A stretch of 64,000 nucleotides of DNA from Raja brachyura (GCA_963514005.1 OY740809.1:20894001-20958000), one strand, 5' to 3'; counted from the stretch's first letter, positions 12,684 through 26,700 are shown. Program-made: numbers and translations. The notes: a model not told the origin generated them from the sequence alone.

Positions 12684-14644
12684 GTACGCAACCACCTATG
12701 TCTGGCTACGTGAATTATCGAGAGAAAAAGTAAAACTGCATGTGATGAATTGTTGGCGTTACAACAGATAATCCTTCAAATGCATAACCAATCCAGGTGG
12801 GGTAAATGCAAGCTAATATTTCAAATGGAGAAGTTTTATCAGAATTATGTTCCCACTTCTCCCCACACCGGCTGCCAACCCATAAACATTGAAACTGAAA
12901 GGTTTTTGGAATCAGTGTTCTCCCCTCAGTTTGTTTTAGCATGTGTACAGAGATAACGCTCATGGAGTTTTATTGTACTTTATTGTCCAGTTCTTTGAAT
13001 TTGTGTATCAAGCATTGTAAGTATCTTTGATTTCCTCAATGTCATCTTCTCAAAATATTTCACATAGAGCAAACTAAAAGTGCAAACCAGAAAATTCTTA
13101 TTGCTTATTATTTTATTTTTCCGTGTGTAATATTTTACATGCAGCTTAAAAACAGTTTTCAACATGTCAAAAACTGCTTGCCTGTCACCAGAACTGGCAA
13201 TGCTTGGAGGTCAGATTTTAAGATGCACAAAAAGGACAGGGGAATGGAGAGAATTAAAAGAATTCTCTGCGATCGGATGGGGGGGCAGTAAAGATTCAAA
13301 TGGACGGGACGTGAAAGCACCGATTTAAAAATCTATAGGGGGTGTAAATGTGCAATAATAAGTTACTGAATACATGTAAAAGGAATTGGAATTAAAATGC
13401 TGGGTTGACTGAGATATTTAAACTTTGTGTTCAATCTGGAAGGCTGTAGAAGATTTCAGTTGAGGTCAAGGCTCAGTTATAGGTTACCGTTAAGCTTATT
13501 TGGAACAATGTAGGGGGTCAAGAACAAGGAAGTCGGGAAGAGCGATAATTAAAATGACCAGTGATTGGAACACATGGCCATGCTCCTGATCTGAACTGAA
13601 ACATTCCAATCCCCAAGTGTAACATTTTTTAGGCAGTGAATTTAAAACACAGAAGTGAAAATAGTGCAAGTAAATTACTGGTTTATATGAGAAGAATGAT
13701 TGAGGTCAGAGATGACAGGAGAGGTGAAGATAAAAGAGAAAGTGAAATTAAAAATAAATAACGGCAAGTGTTGGAAATATGAAATAAGTATAGAATATTG
13801 TAAATGATCAGCAACTTAGGCAGTATCTGTGAAGAATGAAAGGGAATTAGCATTTCAGATCAACAAAATAGCATGACTGGAGAATCTCAGCAAGGTGGAA
13901 CTCTGCCATTGGACTTCATCAACATACCTGCGTTGCGGCCAGGAAAGTTGCTGGCCTGTAATTTTGGGACTTCCTTGATCGCATGGGATTACTGAACATT
14001 GGCACCTACACAAATAAATGTCAGTATTCTATGCAGAACTGGCAGCGTTTCCATCCTAAATCCAGGCTATTTTCAGTTATCTTAATATTTAGCTTTATTG
14101 TTGTTCCTTTGCCCTCAAAGTTAAGTAAATACTTTGTTTTGTTTCTAGTGTTTAAAAAAAGATTACTTTTTAAACTGATTCCAGGCCTATGCAGTTTTGC
14201 ATTTTTATTGTTAATTTGACATAGCATATTGTTCTGTCAAAGGAAAAATCTAAAACCTATTCTGATAACGATAAACCAGATTCATACACCATTTTTATTT
14301 TATTGTCTTCGTGCCAAATATAATATTCATTTATGCAACATTTACATGTATTCTATGACCTATGTACTTTTCATTAAAATTGTAAGAAGAAAAGTGATTA
14401 TTTTGATAAGAGATTTTCTTGTTTTCTGAGCCATGATGAATATAAGTAAATTGCCATGTGAAGTATATTTACCTGTGTTGAGCAAGCATATGCAAGCAAT
14501 TTCTACGAAGATTAGTGCATGTTCTACAAACTATGTAGCCACATCTGTGCTAAGTTACCAATTTTATTGGAAGACATGGCTCTAAGTGGAAGAAAGTCAA
14601 CAAAGTGCAGAAATTGAGCCTCAAAATATTTATTAATGTTGTAG

Positions 14645-14733
14645 GTAATCACTGAAGAACTCAATGCCAAGAAAGATCATGTAGCAGAGGCAATCAAAAC
14701 GACACAGATATTTCTTGCCAAACATGGAAACAG
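14645..14733 (+). CDS. MACF1: MACF1 exon (VITEELNAKKDHVAEAIKTTQIFLAKHGN)
   Basis: tgtag|, |gttggt, phase 0 to 2. Confidence 0.92.
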
Positions 14734-17456
14734 GTTGGTGTTTTTTTTATTATGTAGTCATGTTAAATCATCAGTTGATACCCTGACAATACATTACTAA
14801 AATAACACAGCTGTGATTCGATAATATCTGTTTCCCTCTTAATTATATATTGGAAAATGGTATGGAAAAATATATGGAAAATGAGTGAGAATCAGTTGAA
14901 ATTCCTGTTGAGATCATGCTTTTACTTGAATGTGCATAATAATTCTTGTAATGGAATTTCTATTGTTTTCCTTGATTTCTCTGCCCAGTAAAATATGTTT
15001 TCAGCATTGGTGCCACTATGATAATCACCATTGATTTTGACAGCTCTATATTTGATGCCAGCGCCATAAGTAAGACCGCAGAATTATAGATGACCATTTC
15101 AATGGTGGCACATGTGACAGTCTCTTGTTTTCAAAATTGGCTCATTTAGACATGAACCGAAACACAGTCTGTGAAACGGCTTCATTACGGTCTGATGTCT
15201 GGTTATCATCATTTCATCAGTGGAAGAAAGCCAAACAATAACGTTTCCAATATTAACATCATTGGAGTAATCCCATTTACCATTTTACTCAATCATTCAA
15301 TTAGCGATGCGCATGCAGGAAACAGTAATCTATAGTTTGACCAGAAGAAACAAAAGTGAACGCATGCATTTTTTTGCACATGATTATCATTTGCATTATA
15401 AAATGGCATCTGCCTTTACAGAGGTTTTATCTACTTATTTAGAACATAAGGGAGTGCAGATGCTGGTTTACAAAGTGCTGGTGTAACTCAGCTGGTCTGG
15501 CAGCATCTCTGGACATGAACAGGCTTTGTTTCATCAATGGACCATTCTTGACTGATTGTAGTGAGGGGTCAAAGCTGGAAGAGAGGTGGAGGCAGCATAG
15601 AGTCAGGCACTTGGTAGCTGACAAATGGCTACGAGGTAAGGAAGCATGAACTGTGAAGCCAGTGGAGGGGTATAGGTAGAAGGGGATGGGGGACGCGATT
15701 ATAGGAGCACATCCAGGACCATTCACATCCAAGTCATTAATGTATACAGCAAACAGCAAGGGTCCCAGCACTAATATCTATGAAACATTGTTCTCTTAAT
15801 ATTAAAACTTACACTGGATCCAATTTGCACCTTGGCTTGTTTCTCATGGGCTGTACATTTTTGGACCAGCCTTCCATTTGAGACTTGGTCAAAGGCCTCA
15901 CTGACGTCCATGTAAACCACATCAACCACATTGTCCTTATATTTAGTTACTCTTTAAAATAAATCTAGTGAAATTATACAGGCAGGATCTCCCACCATCA
16001 AATTTGTGCTGATGATCCCAGATCTTTCTTTACCTATTTCGGACGGCGTCAGGCTGGGCAGCCTTACTCAACGGCGCCCCCTCAGTGTATAATCTACTAT
16101 TGAAATAGGTCAAAGGACAAAGACCATTTATTATGTGACAATAAATATCCTTTGTACTTTGACCTATTTCAAGAGTCGATTATTCCTCCTCAGGATATTT
16201 TCCAATAAATGATGACATTGTTTATGTGCCTAATTGGGTGCAGAATCTGCATATTAACCTTTTGCAAATTGTGCACAAGGACATCAGATCCCTCTGCATC
16301 TGAGCTGTGGGATCTCTCACTGAGTAGACAATGTGCTATTTTCTTTTAAAGGACATTAACATTTTCCCACATACTCGATATGCCAGATCTTTACCCACCC
16401 ACTCGCTTAATTCCCTTTGAAATGCAAGGGACCAGATGCTGACGTGCAAAATAAAGACACAGTACTGGAGTAACTCAGCGGATCAGGCAGCATGTCTGGC
16501 GCTGCGTGATCTGAGTTACTCCAGCACTTTGTGTCTTTCTTTAGCTTGTATTTATTTGTGTCTTCCTCACAACTTAGTTTTCTACCTGTTTTTGTCATTG
16601 GTGCATTCTGCATCCCTACGTTCAGTGCCTTCATTCACAGCATTTATATAAATACTTAAAACGTTGAGGCCCCAGCACCAATTCCTGTTCCAATCCATGC
16701 ACCTCATGCTTGCATTTTGCTAGACAGAAAAAGCCCCATTCATGCTTATCCTGTTTCTTTTCCGCTAACCAATATTCCACCATATGTTTAGTTTAGTTTA
16801 TTGTTATCACACCTACCAATGTACATTGAAAATCTTTTTGTTGCATGCTACCCAGACAAAGAAATTACTATACATGATTATGTCCAAAGTGTGCAGATAA
16901 ATGATAAAGGGGACAACTTTTAGTGCAAGACAAGTTGCCTGATAACAGTTGGGAGCAGTTGCCTGATATCTCCTATTCCATGAGCTTAGATTAACTGTGG
17001 TAACCTTTGAGGAAGGTACTTTACTTGAAAGAGCTCCAGTAAATTGGTCAAACATGATTCACTTTTCACAAAATCATGTTGACTATAGCTTATCTTCTTG
17101 ATATACTCAACATCCTGTTATGAAGATTTAATAAAAAGCTTCTTATGTTTGCTTTGAAACATGTGTTAAGTTAAATGGTTTGTCATTTCTGCTTTTGGTT
17201 TCCATCCTTTAAAAAAAAAAAATCAGATTGCATTTATCTTTTCCAATCTGCTCCAAATCAATTTTTGAAAATTAACATCGACACATCAGTTACTCCAGCA
17301 CTTTGTGCCCAGCTGTGGAATTAACCTGTTAAAGAATTGAGACAGTTGACTCATGATTTGAATCATTGGAAGAAAATCCTAGTCATAATATTTACGCAAA
17401 AGAACAAAGGAAAATGTGCTGATCATGTAAATTCTGTTCAACTATTTAATCAAATA

Positions 17457-18738
17457 CAGTGCCCTCCATAATGTTTGGGACAAAGACCCATCATTTATTT
17501 ATTTGCCTCTGTACTCCACAATTTGAGATTTGTAATATTAAAAAAAATCACATGTGGTTAAAGTGCACATTGTCAGATTTTAATAAAGGCTTTTTAATAA
17601 AAGATTTTTATACATTTTGGTTTCACCATATAGAAATTACAGCAATGTTTATACATAGTCCCCACATTTCAGGGCACCATAATGTTTGGGGCACAGCAAT
17701 GTCATGTAAATGAAAGTAGTCATGTTTAGTATTTTGTTGCATATCCTTTGCATGCAATGACTGCTTGAAGTCTGCGATTCATGGACATCACCAGTTGCTG
17801 GGTGTCTTCTCTGGTGATGCTCTTCCAGACATGTATTGCAACAATCTTTAGCTTATGCTTGTTTTGGGGGCTAGTCCCTTCTCTCCTCCATACTTTGCTC
17901 TTGCCATCACTCTGATATAAGTTAATCTTCATCTCATCTGTCCACAAGACCTTTTTCCAGAACTGTGGTTGCTCTATTAAGTACTTCTTGGCAAACTGTA
18001 ACCCGGCCATCCTATTTTTGCAGATAACTAATGGTTTGCATCTTGCAGTGTAGCCTCTTTATTTCTGTTTATGAAGTCTTCTACGGACAGTGGTCATTGA
18101 CAAATCCGCACCTGACTCCTGAAGAGTGTTTCTGATCTGTCGGACAGGTGTTTGGAAATGTTTGTATATTATAGAGAGAATTCTTCTGTCATCAGCTGTG
18201 GAGGTCTTCCTTGGCCTACCAGTCCCATTGTGATTAGTAAGCTCACCAGTGCTTTCTTTCTTCTGAACTAACTCTTTCCAAACAGTTGATTTTGGTAAGC
18301 CTAAGGTTCGGCTGATGTCTCTAACAGTTTTATTCTTGTTTCTTATTCTCACAATGGCATATTTGACTTTCATTGGCACAACGTTGGTCCTCATGTTGAA
18401 AAACAGCAATAAAAGTTTCCAAAGGTGATGGAAAGATTAGGTGTTGAGAGCTCTCTTATACCTGCATTAAGGAGGCAATTACACAAATCTGAGCAATTAC
18501 AAACCCTATGAAGCTGTGTCCCAAACATTATGATGCCCTGAAATGGGGGGACTATGTATAAACACAGCTGTCATTTCTACATGGTGAAACCAAAATGTAT
18601 AAAAATACCCTTTAATAAAATCTGACAATGTGCACTTTAACCACATGTGATTAATTCTATTACAAATCTCAAATTATGGAGTACAGAGGCAAATAAATAA
18701 ATAATGGGTCTTTGTCCCAAACATTATGGAGGGCACTG
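17457..18738 (-). mobile_element. Tc1/mariner IR/DR transposon with internally deleted transposase
   Basis: TA TSD (17455-56, 18739-40); TIRs of about 230 bp starting CAGTGCCCTCCATAATGTTTGGGACAAAG; HTH plus GRPRK, WKKVLWTDE and C-terminal IACKGYATKY. Confidence 0.95.
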
Positions 18739-18870
18739 TAGAATCTAAGAAAGAAATACATTTTTGAAAAATTCTGTTTTAATAGTTAAGAATCTGATTT
18801 CCTTTCACCTTTCTTTTCATTTCCCCTTGACCATCTTAATTTATAAATATTGAACTGTTTGGTTTCACAG

Positions 18871-19006
18871 AATATCTCCAGAAGAACAGCAACAGGTGAC
18901 ATCACAGTTGAACACACTGAAGGAAACCTATGGTAAACTGTGTGACGAGTCTGCAGCAGAGCTCCAGCAACTACAAAACAAGCTCACTCACGAAGTGCAA
19001 CGAAAG
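18871..19006 (+). CDS. MACF1: MACF1 exon (ISPEEQQQVTSQLNTLKETYGKLCDESAAELQQLQNKLTHEVQRK)
   Basis: tcacag|, |gtacac, phase 2 to 0. Confidence 0.92.
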
Positions 19007-19933
19007 GTACACTTTGGAGGACTAGGACATTGCCAGAAGTTAATATTTTCAATGTTTTTATCATATCAATGTTTTGACAGTTTGACCTGCATGAATCAAT
19101 GTATGAATGCAATTGTGAATGTATGGACATAAATTACACTGCATGGAATGTTTTACCTGTAATAGCACGAACTTCATTACTCACACATACATCAGACTAC
19201 TCATCACTTGAAGACAATGTTTTGTTTCTCAGCCAATTATCTCCAATTCAATCTGCTGCATATTGTGGTAAATTGTTTATGCTTTGCCTCGCCTAGGCGC
19301 ATGCACAAGTGTGTGCTTAATATATTGTGAGGATTTAAACAAGGCAATCACTAAGCTAATCTGACTTGGAATATAAATATTTATATTTCAAAACTCAGTG
19401 ATCAAATAGCCTTATTTGAGTAAATAAAGATGAAAGACAATTTTGCTATTTCAAGTCTTGGGGTGTTTTACATGGAACCAGATGCATTTGAAGTGTAAAT
19501 CATAAAACTGCAGATACTGGATATCTGAAATATAAGCACAGAATGCTGGCAGCATTCAGCATGTCAAGATGAGCCTGACCGGCTGATAGGTTCCAACATT
19601 TTCTGTTTATACATCAGTTTTCTCATGATCTAATTTATGTACAAAATGCTGAAAGAATCAACGTTAAATTGTATTAATTGTTTCCGTGATGGAAATTTTT
19701 CTGCTTTTTCTTTGATTTGTGCCCTGGAATCTTTTGCGTTCACCTGAGATGAGAGAATGGGATCCTAGTTTTATGGTTTAATCCAAATTTTTTGAGTAAT
19801 GCAGAGCATATCTTATAAATCACAGTGATGATCATTTCCACCCAATGACAAGATGATGCATTGCCTGAGAAACATATTCCGAATTTGCTGAGACCTCATG
19901 TTCATTGTATATTGCTTCATCTGCCCATGACTC

Positions 19934-20031
19934 TGTGTGTGTGTGTGTGTGTGTGTACCTGGTGTAAATCAGTAAGTTTCCTTGTCCTTGTTTCCTGAAA
20001 TTTATTTCCGATCATCTAGGACAAACATATA

Positions 20032-20069
<38 letters not shown>

Positions 20070-20079
20070 ATATCATATC

Positions 20080-20110
<31 letters not shown>
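19934..20110. repeat. (TG)n and (TA)n microsatellite cluster
   Basis: Directly visible dinucleotide runs. Confidence 0.95.
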
Positions 20111-20113
<3 letters not shown>

Positions 20114-21084
20114 GTGTAATGTTGCCTGTACACAGTGATGCACTGTGAAATGGCAAATATCATTTAGATTTTAATGTGATCACACCACAAATTTATTGAC
20201 CTATTTCAGTATCTTTTAAAGGCTTTTGGTTATTTATCTCAAATCAATTTATCTTCTAACCTGCCTTGCCTGTATTATTCAGGCAAAAGGTAAATGTTTA
20301 TTTTTGTGTCTTTTATGCTTCACTGTGGAAGGGAGCCCATGTTTGAAGTGTGGTATAACCTTTGCTTGCTGTAAACAGCATAGTGCGATCATTATCAATT
20401 ATGAATTTCCATGACCAGTTGAGCATGATGTGTCACTATGAATTGTGAATAAATATGTCAAATTAACCAGCATCCTTGCTTACAACTCAAAAACTAACCA
20501 TTCTCAAATAGAAGATGGATTAAAATTTGATATCAAATATCCCTATAAACGGCGCATGCTGGACCTAACAACAAGCTTACACTGTGTGTGTGATACTGCT
20601 GAAATACTCGCATTAGCTCTGCTTTGCCACTGGCAAGCCGCCATTGCTGGTAAGTAAATGTTTTTGTCTTCTTCTGTACTAAATGTGTTATATTAAATCT
20701 TCGTTATGTTTCTGTATTTGTCCTTCGTGACTCTAACTCCAATTCAAATATTAGACAATAATGAACAAAACAAAACTCATAATAAATGTCAGACATCTTT
20801 GATCTAAGTTTCAAAGGAGCTGCAAATCCATCATGTCCAAAAAGGAACATTTAACTGTTCCATGTTGTTGCTCGAATTAACTACACAAATGCCCCCCTAA
20901 AAGCCTTCAGGCAAGTCTACACTAAATGACGATCTCCCCTCCCATCCATTAGAGCGGGCAGCAATAAAACATGTCTAGAATTGGAGGAAATCCCAGTGCT
21001 TTCTCACAAGGTGCTCAACAAAATCAGTGTATGCAGGAGAAGGAGCAGGTTAAGTGTTTATCTTCTGGTTCACGAATTATCAAA

Positions 21085-21485
21085 CATACAACTCTACAGC
21101 ATAGACCCTTCAGCCCACAATTTTTGTGCCGAACATGATGCCAAGTTAAACGGATCTCATCTGTCTGCACATGATCCATATCCCTCTATTCCCTGCACTT
21201 ACATGTGCCTATCTGAAAGCCTCTTAAACACCACTATCGTATCTGCTTCCACCACCGCCTCTGGAGGTGTGTTACAGGCCCCCACTACTCTCAGTGTAAA
21301 AACTTGCCCTGCAAATCTCTATTAAACTTTCCCCCTCTCACCTTCTAGCTGTGCTGTCTAGTGTCGGACATCTAGACCCTGAGAAAAAGGTTCTGACTGT
21401 ATCCTATCATTGCCTCTCATAATTTTTTATACTGTACTCTATCTCCAACACTCCAGAGAAAACAATCCATGTCTATCCAACCTCT
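21085..21485 (-). mobile_element. CR1-type LINE 3' fragment
   Basis: Matches the copy at 55195-55525 and other CR1 3' ends; boundaries approximate. Confidence 0.7.
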
Positions 21486-22479
21486 TTATTGTTTTGTAAA
21501 TTAAATAACATTAAAAAGGGATGGGGAACAAATAATGGAACGTTTTCATGTGCTAGTCTTAGTTCTGTTATAGGAATCTAATTATGAAATTATTGAAATC
21601 ATGTACAATGCTATTAAAAAAAAAACACTAATCCAGTTCACTTACTGAACTAGATAGGTTAACATTCCTAACGCAATATGTAACTATCCATGTGAAATTT
21701 AAAATATATAGAAGTCTATTGTTTAGTCTGTAGAAAGAAATGAAATTCAGTCCATAGACCCGGAGAAAACAATATCTGATTTCTTACCTTATTTCCTTTC
21801 CATCCTGTTAATGGCTTGAAACGTCAGAATTCAGGAGTACCATTTGTGAGCGCAGCTTTAAAGCTGTCCTAAGTAGCAGATGTTACGAAAAATGTTGTGA
21901 AATTCGAGATGCTTTGTATTTTGATAGTGATCTGGATTTCTTTTTGAAAGGGTTAGCCTGTGTTAAATAAGCAGTTCTGAAAACAGTACCACATTTCACA
22001 CAATCTGTTTCTGTTGTCTAAATCTAATACCCATAATGATTCAGGAAGTATTTAAACAACTATGAATTCGAAGATTTACATATTTTACAAAGAGCAGAGA
22101 TTTTACTAAGCATTTGTCTGGACAATATCATCTTTATGTTTGCTGTGTTGCTTGCTTTTTTTGTGCAAAATGTTATGCTTACTGTATTTCTGTCCCATGA
22201 TACCACAAGCTCAGAGGTAATGCAGAAATTATTCATTCTATTGTACACTGTCTAATATCTGTGAATAATATGTCTGGTTCTTGAATTCCTTCACAGTTTT
22301 TAAAAGGCCTACACCGTCATTACTGTGTGCATGACGTCTTAGTTTAGAAGTTTGCTACATTAATCATAAAAGGAAAATGTATAATTTTGCAGTCAGTGCA
22401 GCTTGACATATACATTGTAAATGATGGCTCCTGTTAAGAGAGAGGGCCATTATTGCTATAAATATAATTGTCCCATAGA

Positions 22480-22685
22480 TCCTGCCACAGACGGCAGCAG
22501 AGGCCAAGTCAATGGTTTTTTTAAGGTGGAGATTGATTTTTGTTGATTAGTAAGGGTGTCAGGGGCTAAGGGAAGAAGGCAGAAGAATGGGGTTGAGAGG
22601 GAAAGATAGATCAGCCATGATTGAAAGGCAGAGTAGAATTGATGGGCCGAATGGCCTAATTCTGCTCCTAGAAGATATGAACATG
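22480..22685 (+). mobile_element. CR1-type LINE 3' tail
   Basis: Near-identical to part of 31600-31960 (GATCAGCCATGATTGAA..GATGGGCCGA). Confidence 0.7.
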
Positions 22686-23714
22686 ATTATCAGAAACCAA
22701 GATTATTTGTTCCACATTTGTTCCAAATGACATTCTTCCAATTATTTCTAAAAGGTGTGATTTCTTATAGCTTTAATATATTGCAATATGAGCAAAAATG
22801 TTTTTCAAAGTAGTCAGTTATGTTTTCAAATGCAATGAAAGGTGTCTATTCAAAAATAGCTTTGAATGGCAACAGTATAAATACAAGAAAACAAAATAAA
22901 TTTGAAGGATGCAGGAAAAATACTGGGCAGTGAGACAATTACATTTCTTTTGAAAAGAACTGGCTCAGGTTCAAAGAGCTGAATGACTACGGCCTGTTTG
23001 CCAGGTTATTTTGCGATCCTCTTTTATGTTAATAGTCACATTATGTATCTGGAGGTACACAATTATATCCATAATTTCTAAGTGTCCTACGCATACATAA
23101 ACAGTTAAAGGGATGAAATAGCACCAGGGTTAATTCGATGTTGTATCAGTTCAGGGAGGTCTGCACATAATGCCCCATTGACATGCATTGATGCACATTC
23201 ATTTCGTGCATGAGTCTGTTTTCAAGGCTGTATAAAAGCTGGCATGGAGCTATTCAACATCAGTTAATTAACTGGAGATTAGCGAGATGATGGTGTGAAT
23301 TTATTACTTTGCAGTGGAAATTTCATGCCAAATTCAAAACTGCAAGTGTAAAATTGATGCAAATGTAAAATTGACATGTAAATGTAAAAGTGATTGACAA
23401 TTGTAAACCAGTTAAAAACCAAATTCACGAATTACATCTTTTTTTTCTAAACTACAATTCTGAGGCCTATTTATTTATTTTGCCTCTCCATCCCCATATT
23501 TAGTAATTATCTATGTATAGATAATTACAGTATAAGCTTTTCGCTGTACATCTGTGTGTGTGACAATAATAAATCTTAAACCTATTCTGTTGAGAACAGT
23601 TCTGAAAAAAATCCTAATATTAGTAGAATTATCTGTTTATATTTTACAAGTATGTTTGCAGATTTATCAGTTGCTGTAAGTTCAGAGACTTAACTTGTGA
23701 TTTACATTTTCCAG

Positions 23715-26700
23715 GAGAATGAAACAATTGCAGGTGTGATTGACCTGGGAACAGTAGAAATCTTTTCAATTTTCCGTGCCATGCAGAAGGGTTTTATAGA
23801 CCAGGACACAGGCCTTGCCCTGCTTCAGATTCAAGTGATTAACTCTGGCCTCCTTATTCCTGAAACCTGTGAATACCTGACGGTGGAACAAGCTTTAGAA
23901 AGGGGTGCGATAGATAATCGAACAGCTAAATCCTTGAAAGAGTTGCAGGCTGCCGCACAGCTCTTGAAAAGCACCGATTTTAAAAGCAATAAACTTCTTC
24001 CTGTGGCTGCTGCTGTGGAAGAGAAGAAAATTGAAGAGAATGTGGGACTGAAGATTTTGGAGATCCAGCTTAACTGTGGCTTTGGAAAACTACCAACAGC
24101 TGAAGCTGTGGATCTAGAGAAAGCTTTCCAACTGGGCCTGATCAGTGCATCCCTCCACTCCAAGATGAAGGCTAGACAAAGAGTACAGAAAGGTTTGATT
24201 GATCCCAACACAGGAGAAAAGCTTGGACTTTCAGAACTGGTACAGCGATGCATTGTAGATAAAGAAAGTGGATTAACTTTATTTCCAATAAAGCAACTTG
24301 CCGGTGGGATGATATGTCTGAAATCTGGAAAGAAGGTCAGCTTATTCCGTGCTATCCAAGAAGGGTTGATCGACCAACAGGTGATGGTCAGACTTTTAGA
24401 GACCCAATTGTTTGCAGGTGGCATCGTAGACCCGAGAACAGGGCACCGACTAACAGTGGATGAAGCAGTGAGACATAATCTCATCGATCATGATATAGCT
24501 TGTTCCATATTAATGCGTCAAATCCAGACGGGCGGTATTATCGATCCTGTCTCAGCTCAGCGATTGAGTCTGGATGAGGCTGTACAACGGGATTTGATGA
24601 CTCCGGGAAGCGCATTGGTTGTGCTGGAGTCTCAGTTGTCCTTTAAGGGACTGCTGTGGCCAAAGTCTGGTGAAGTCCTTCCTGTGGCCAGTGCAGTGCA
24701 ACAGGGTCTTGTCTCCGTTGATCTTGCACATGCAATCCTGAAGAAGAGACCCACCATATCAGAACTTTATTGCCCCGAAACCACTGAGGTACTGTCTTGG
24801 GAAGAATCAATTGAGCAAGGAATTTTAGACGACAAAGCTGCTGAAGTATTGAAGTCAATTCGTATTCCAGATACGATGCCAAATATGAAAGAACCTGGTT
24901 TTCCAATTGTAGACAGATTGAACTGGAGGACGGCTGGTGGAATGCTGCCAAATTCCAGTCTGGAATCCCTGGTTGCTGACAACAATGCACCAGTCTCACA
25001 TAGTCAAATGGTAGAAGAAAGGCTATTGTCTTTCTTAATGGCACAAAGTTATATGAATGTGCATAATGGTAACAGATTGCTTTTGATTGATGCCAAGTTG
25101 AATGACATCACTAAAGAATTCATAAAAACAAGAGTAAACACTGCAGTTTTGAAGAGTAAAAAAACGTTGGAAGAATGCAATAAAGAATATGATACCACCA
25201 CAAATTATGCTGAATTATACCATCCAGAGAAGCTAACATTAAAACAAAATGACAGCTCTAAAGCAAGTGATAAGATAGAAGCTGGTTATGGAATGTATGA
25301 AAGACAATCGGATGGATGGATTAAGGAAATTAGAAACAGTGAGGAAATGCCTTTGAAGAAGAATGTGGATTTTCCAGCCTCTGAAGAAAAAACATATAAG
25401 ACTGAAATCTGTTGCAAGGATATTGTGACTAATGAACAACAAGCAGTTCAAAAGGAACTGAACACAACGGAATATGAAAATGGTCAAAAAGAAAAATTGA
25501 AAATACTGCGCGGCAAATCTAAATTTGAAAGTGTAATTAGTAGAGAATCAAATGTTGCTGAAAAATCTACAAAAGGATCTCAGAAAGCAAATATGCCTAG
25601 CATAGTTACTGAAACTTCTCATTATACAATAAGTGATGTCGAAATTCAATACACTTCACAGGATCAAGTCGACAATAAATGCTTTGAGGAAGAAGCTATC
25701 GTTTTGCAGACAGTTGAAGCATTCCATCTGCCAGACTCTCATATTACTTCAACCAGTTCAGCTGTAGGTTTTCCAACATCAGCAGTTCACGGGTCATTGA
25801 AAGAGACTCGGTGTGATGTTATACTAAATAATGGAGCCAAAGCTGTCGTAAGTGTTAGCAGCACTGGACCAACATCGTGTGATATTAAAAATGGAATTGG
25901 CCAAGGCAATGTGAATGGGTCCTTAAAAGGGAAAAATGCAGAATTGCATAGTGGTGAACAAAATCCTGAACTAAATGATCCTGCTAAATATTTCCAATGC
26001 CAGAAATTGCCAATAATGTCAAAGCCAAGAGAAGACTATTTGGATGATGAATCCACTTTAAATGTTCTGATTGACCAGCTTCAAAATGGTGGTGTCGTTG
26101 ATGAACAGACAGGCCAGAGACTAGCACTGAATGAAGCAGTAACCAAGGGAGTGCTTCCAAGCCACACTGCCCTCAAACTAGTGGAAAAACTGGCCATCTT
26201 TGGTGGTTTCTTTGATCCACAGACCTGCGAAACTGTGACGGTGGCTGAGGCAGTAGATGAGGGTCTGGTGAATGAACAGATGATTCGGAAGATCTTGAAC
26301 TCTGAGAAAGTTATCTGTGGGGTCATCTCTCCAGGTTGCACTTCCGTGCGTTCAGTCAAGGAGGCAGCTGAAGTAGGGCTTCTGGATCAAGAAACTGCAG
26401 CAAGAGTCCTGGAGGGACAAGTCATCTCTGGTGGGATCATCGACTTAAAACGAGGCAAACAGTTATCAGTGACTCTAGCATCAAAAATGGGCTTAGTGAA
26501 TAATGTCCATCTGGATAATTTGATCAAGCTAGAAAAGGCCACAAAGGGAAGAGAATCGGATGAAAACACAAAACTACGCATGATTTCTTTACAAATGGAA
26601 ATGAATGGCATAGTGGACCCACAAACAAAAGAACGCATAACAGCTGTTGAAGCAAGAAAGAGGGGAATCATTGATAAAGAAGCCATGCTTAACATTTTGA

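Noticed and set aside
14641-14650. AG|GTAATC as a recursive splice site
   Set aside because: GTA is the first codon of a conserved exon, and the flanking introns are only a few kb
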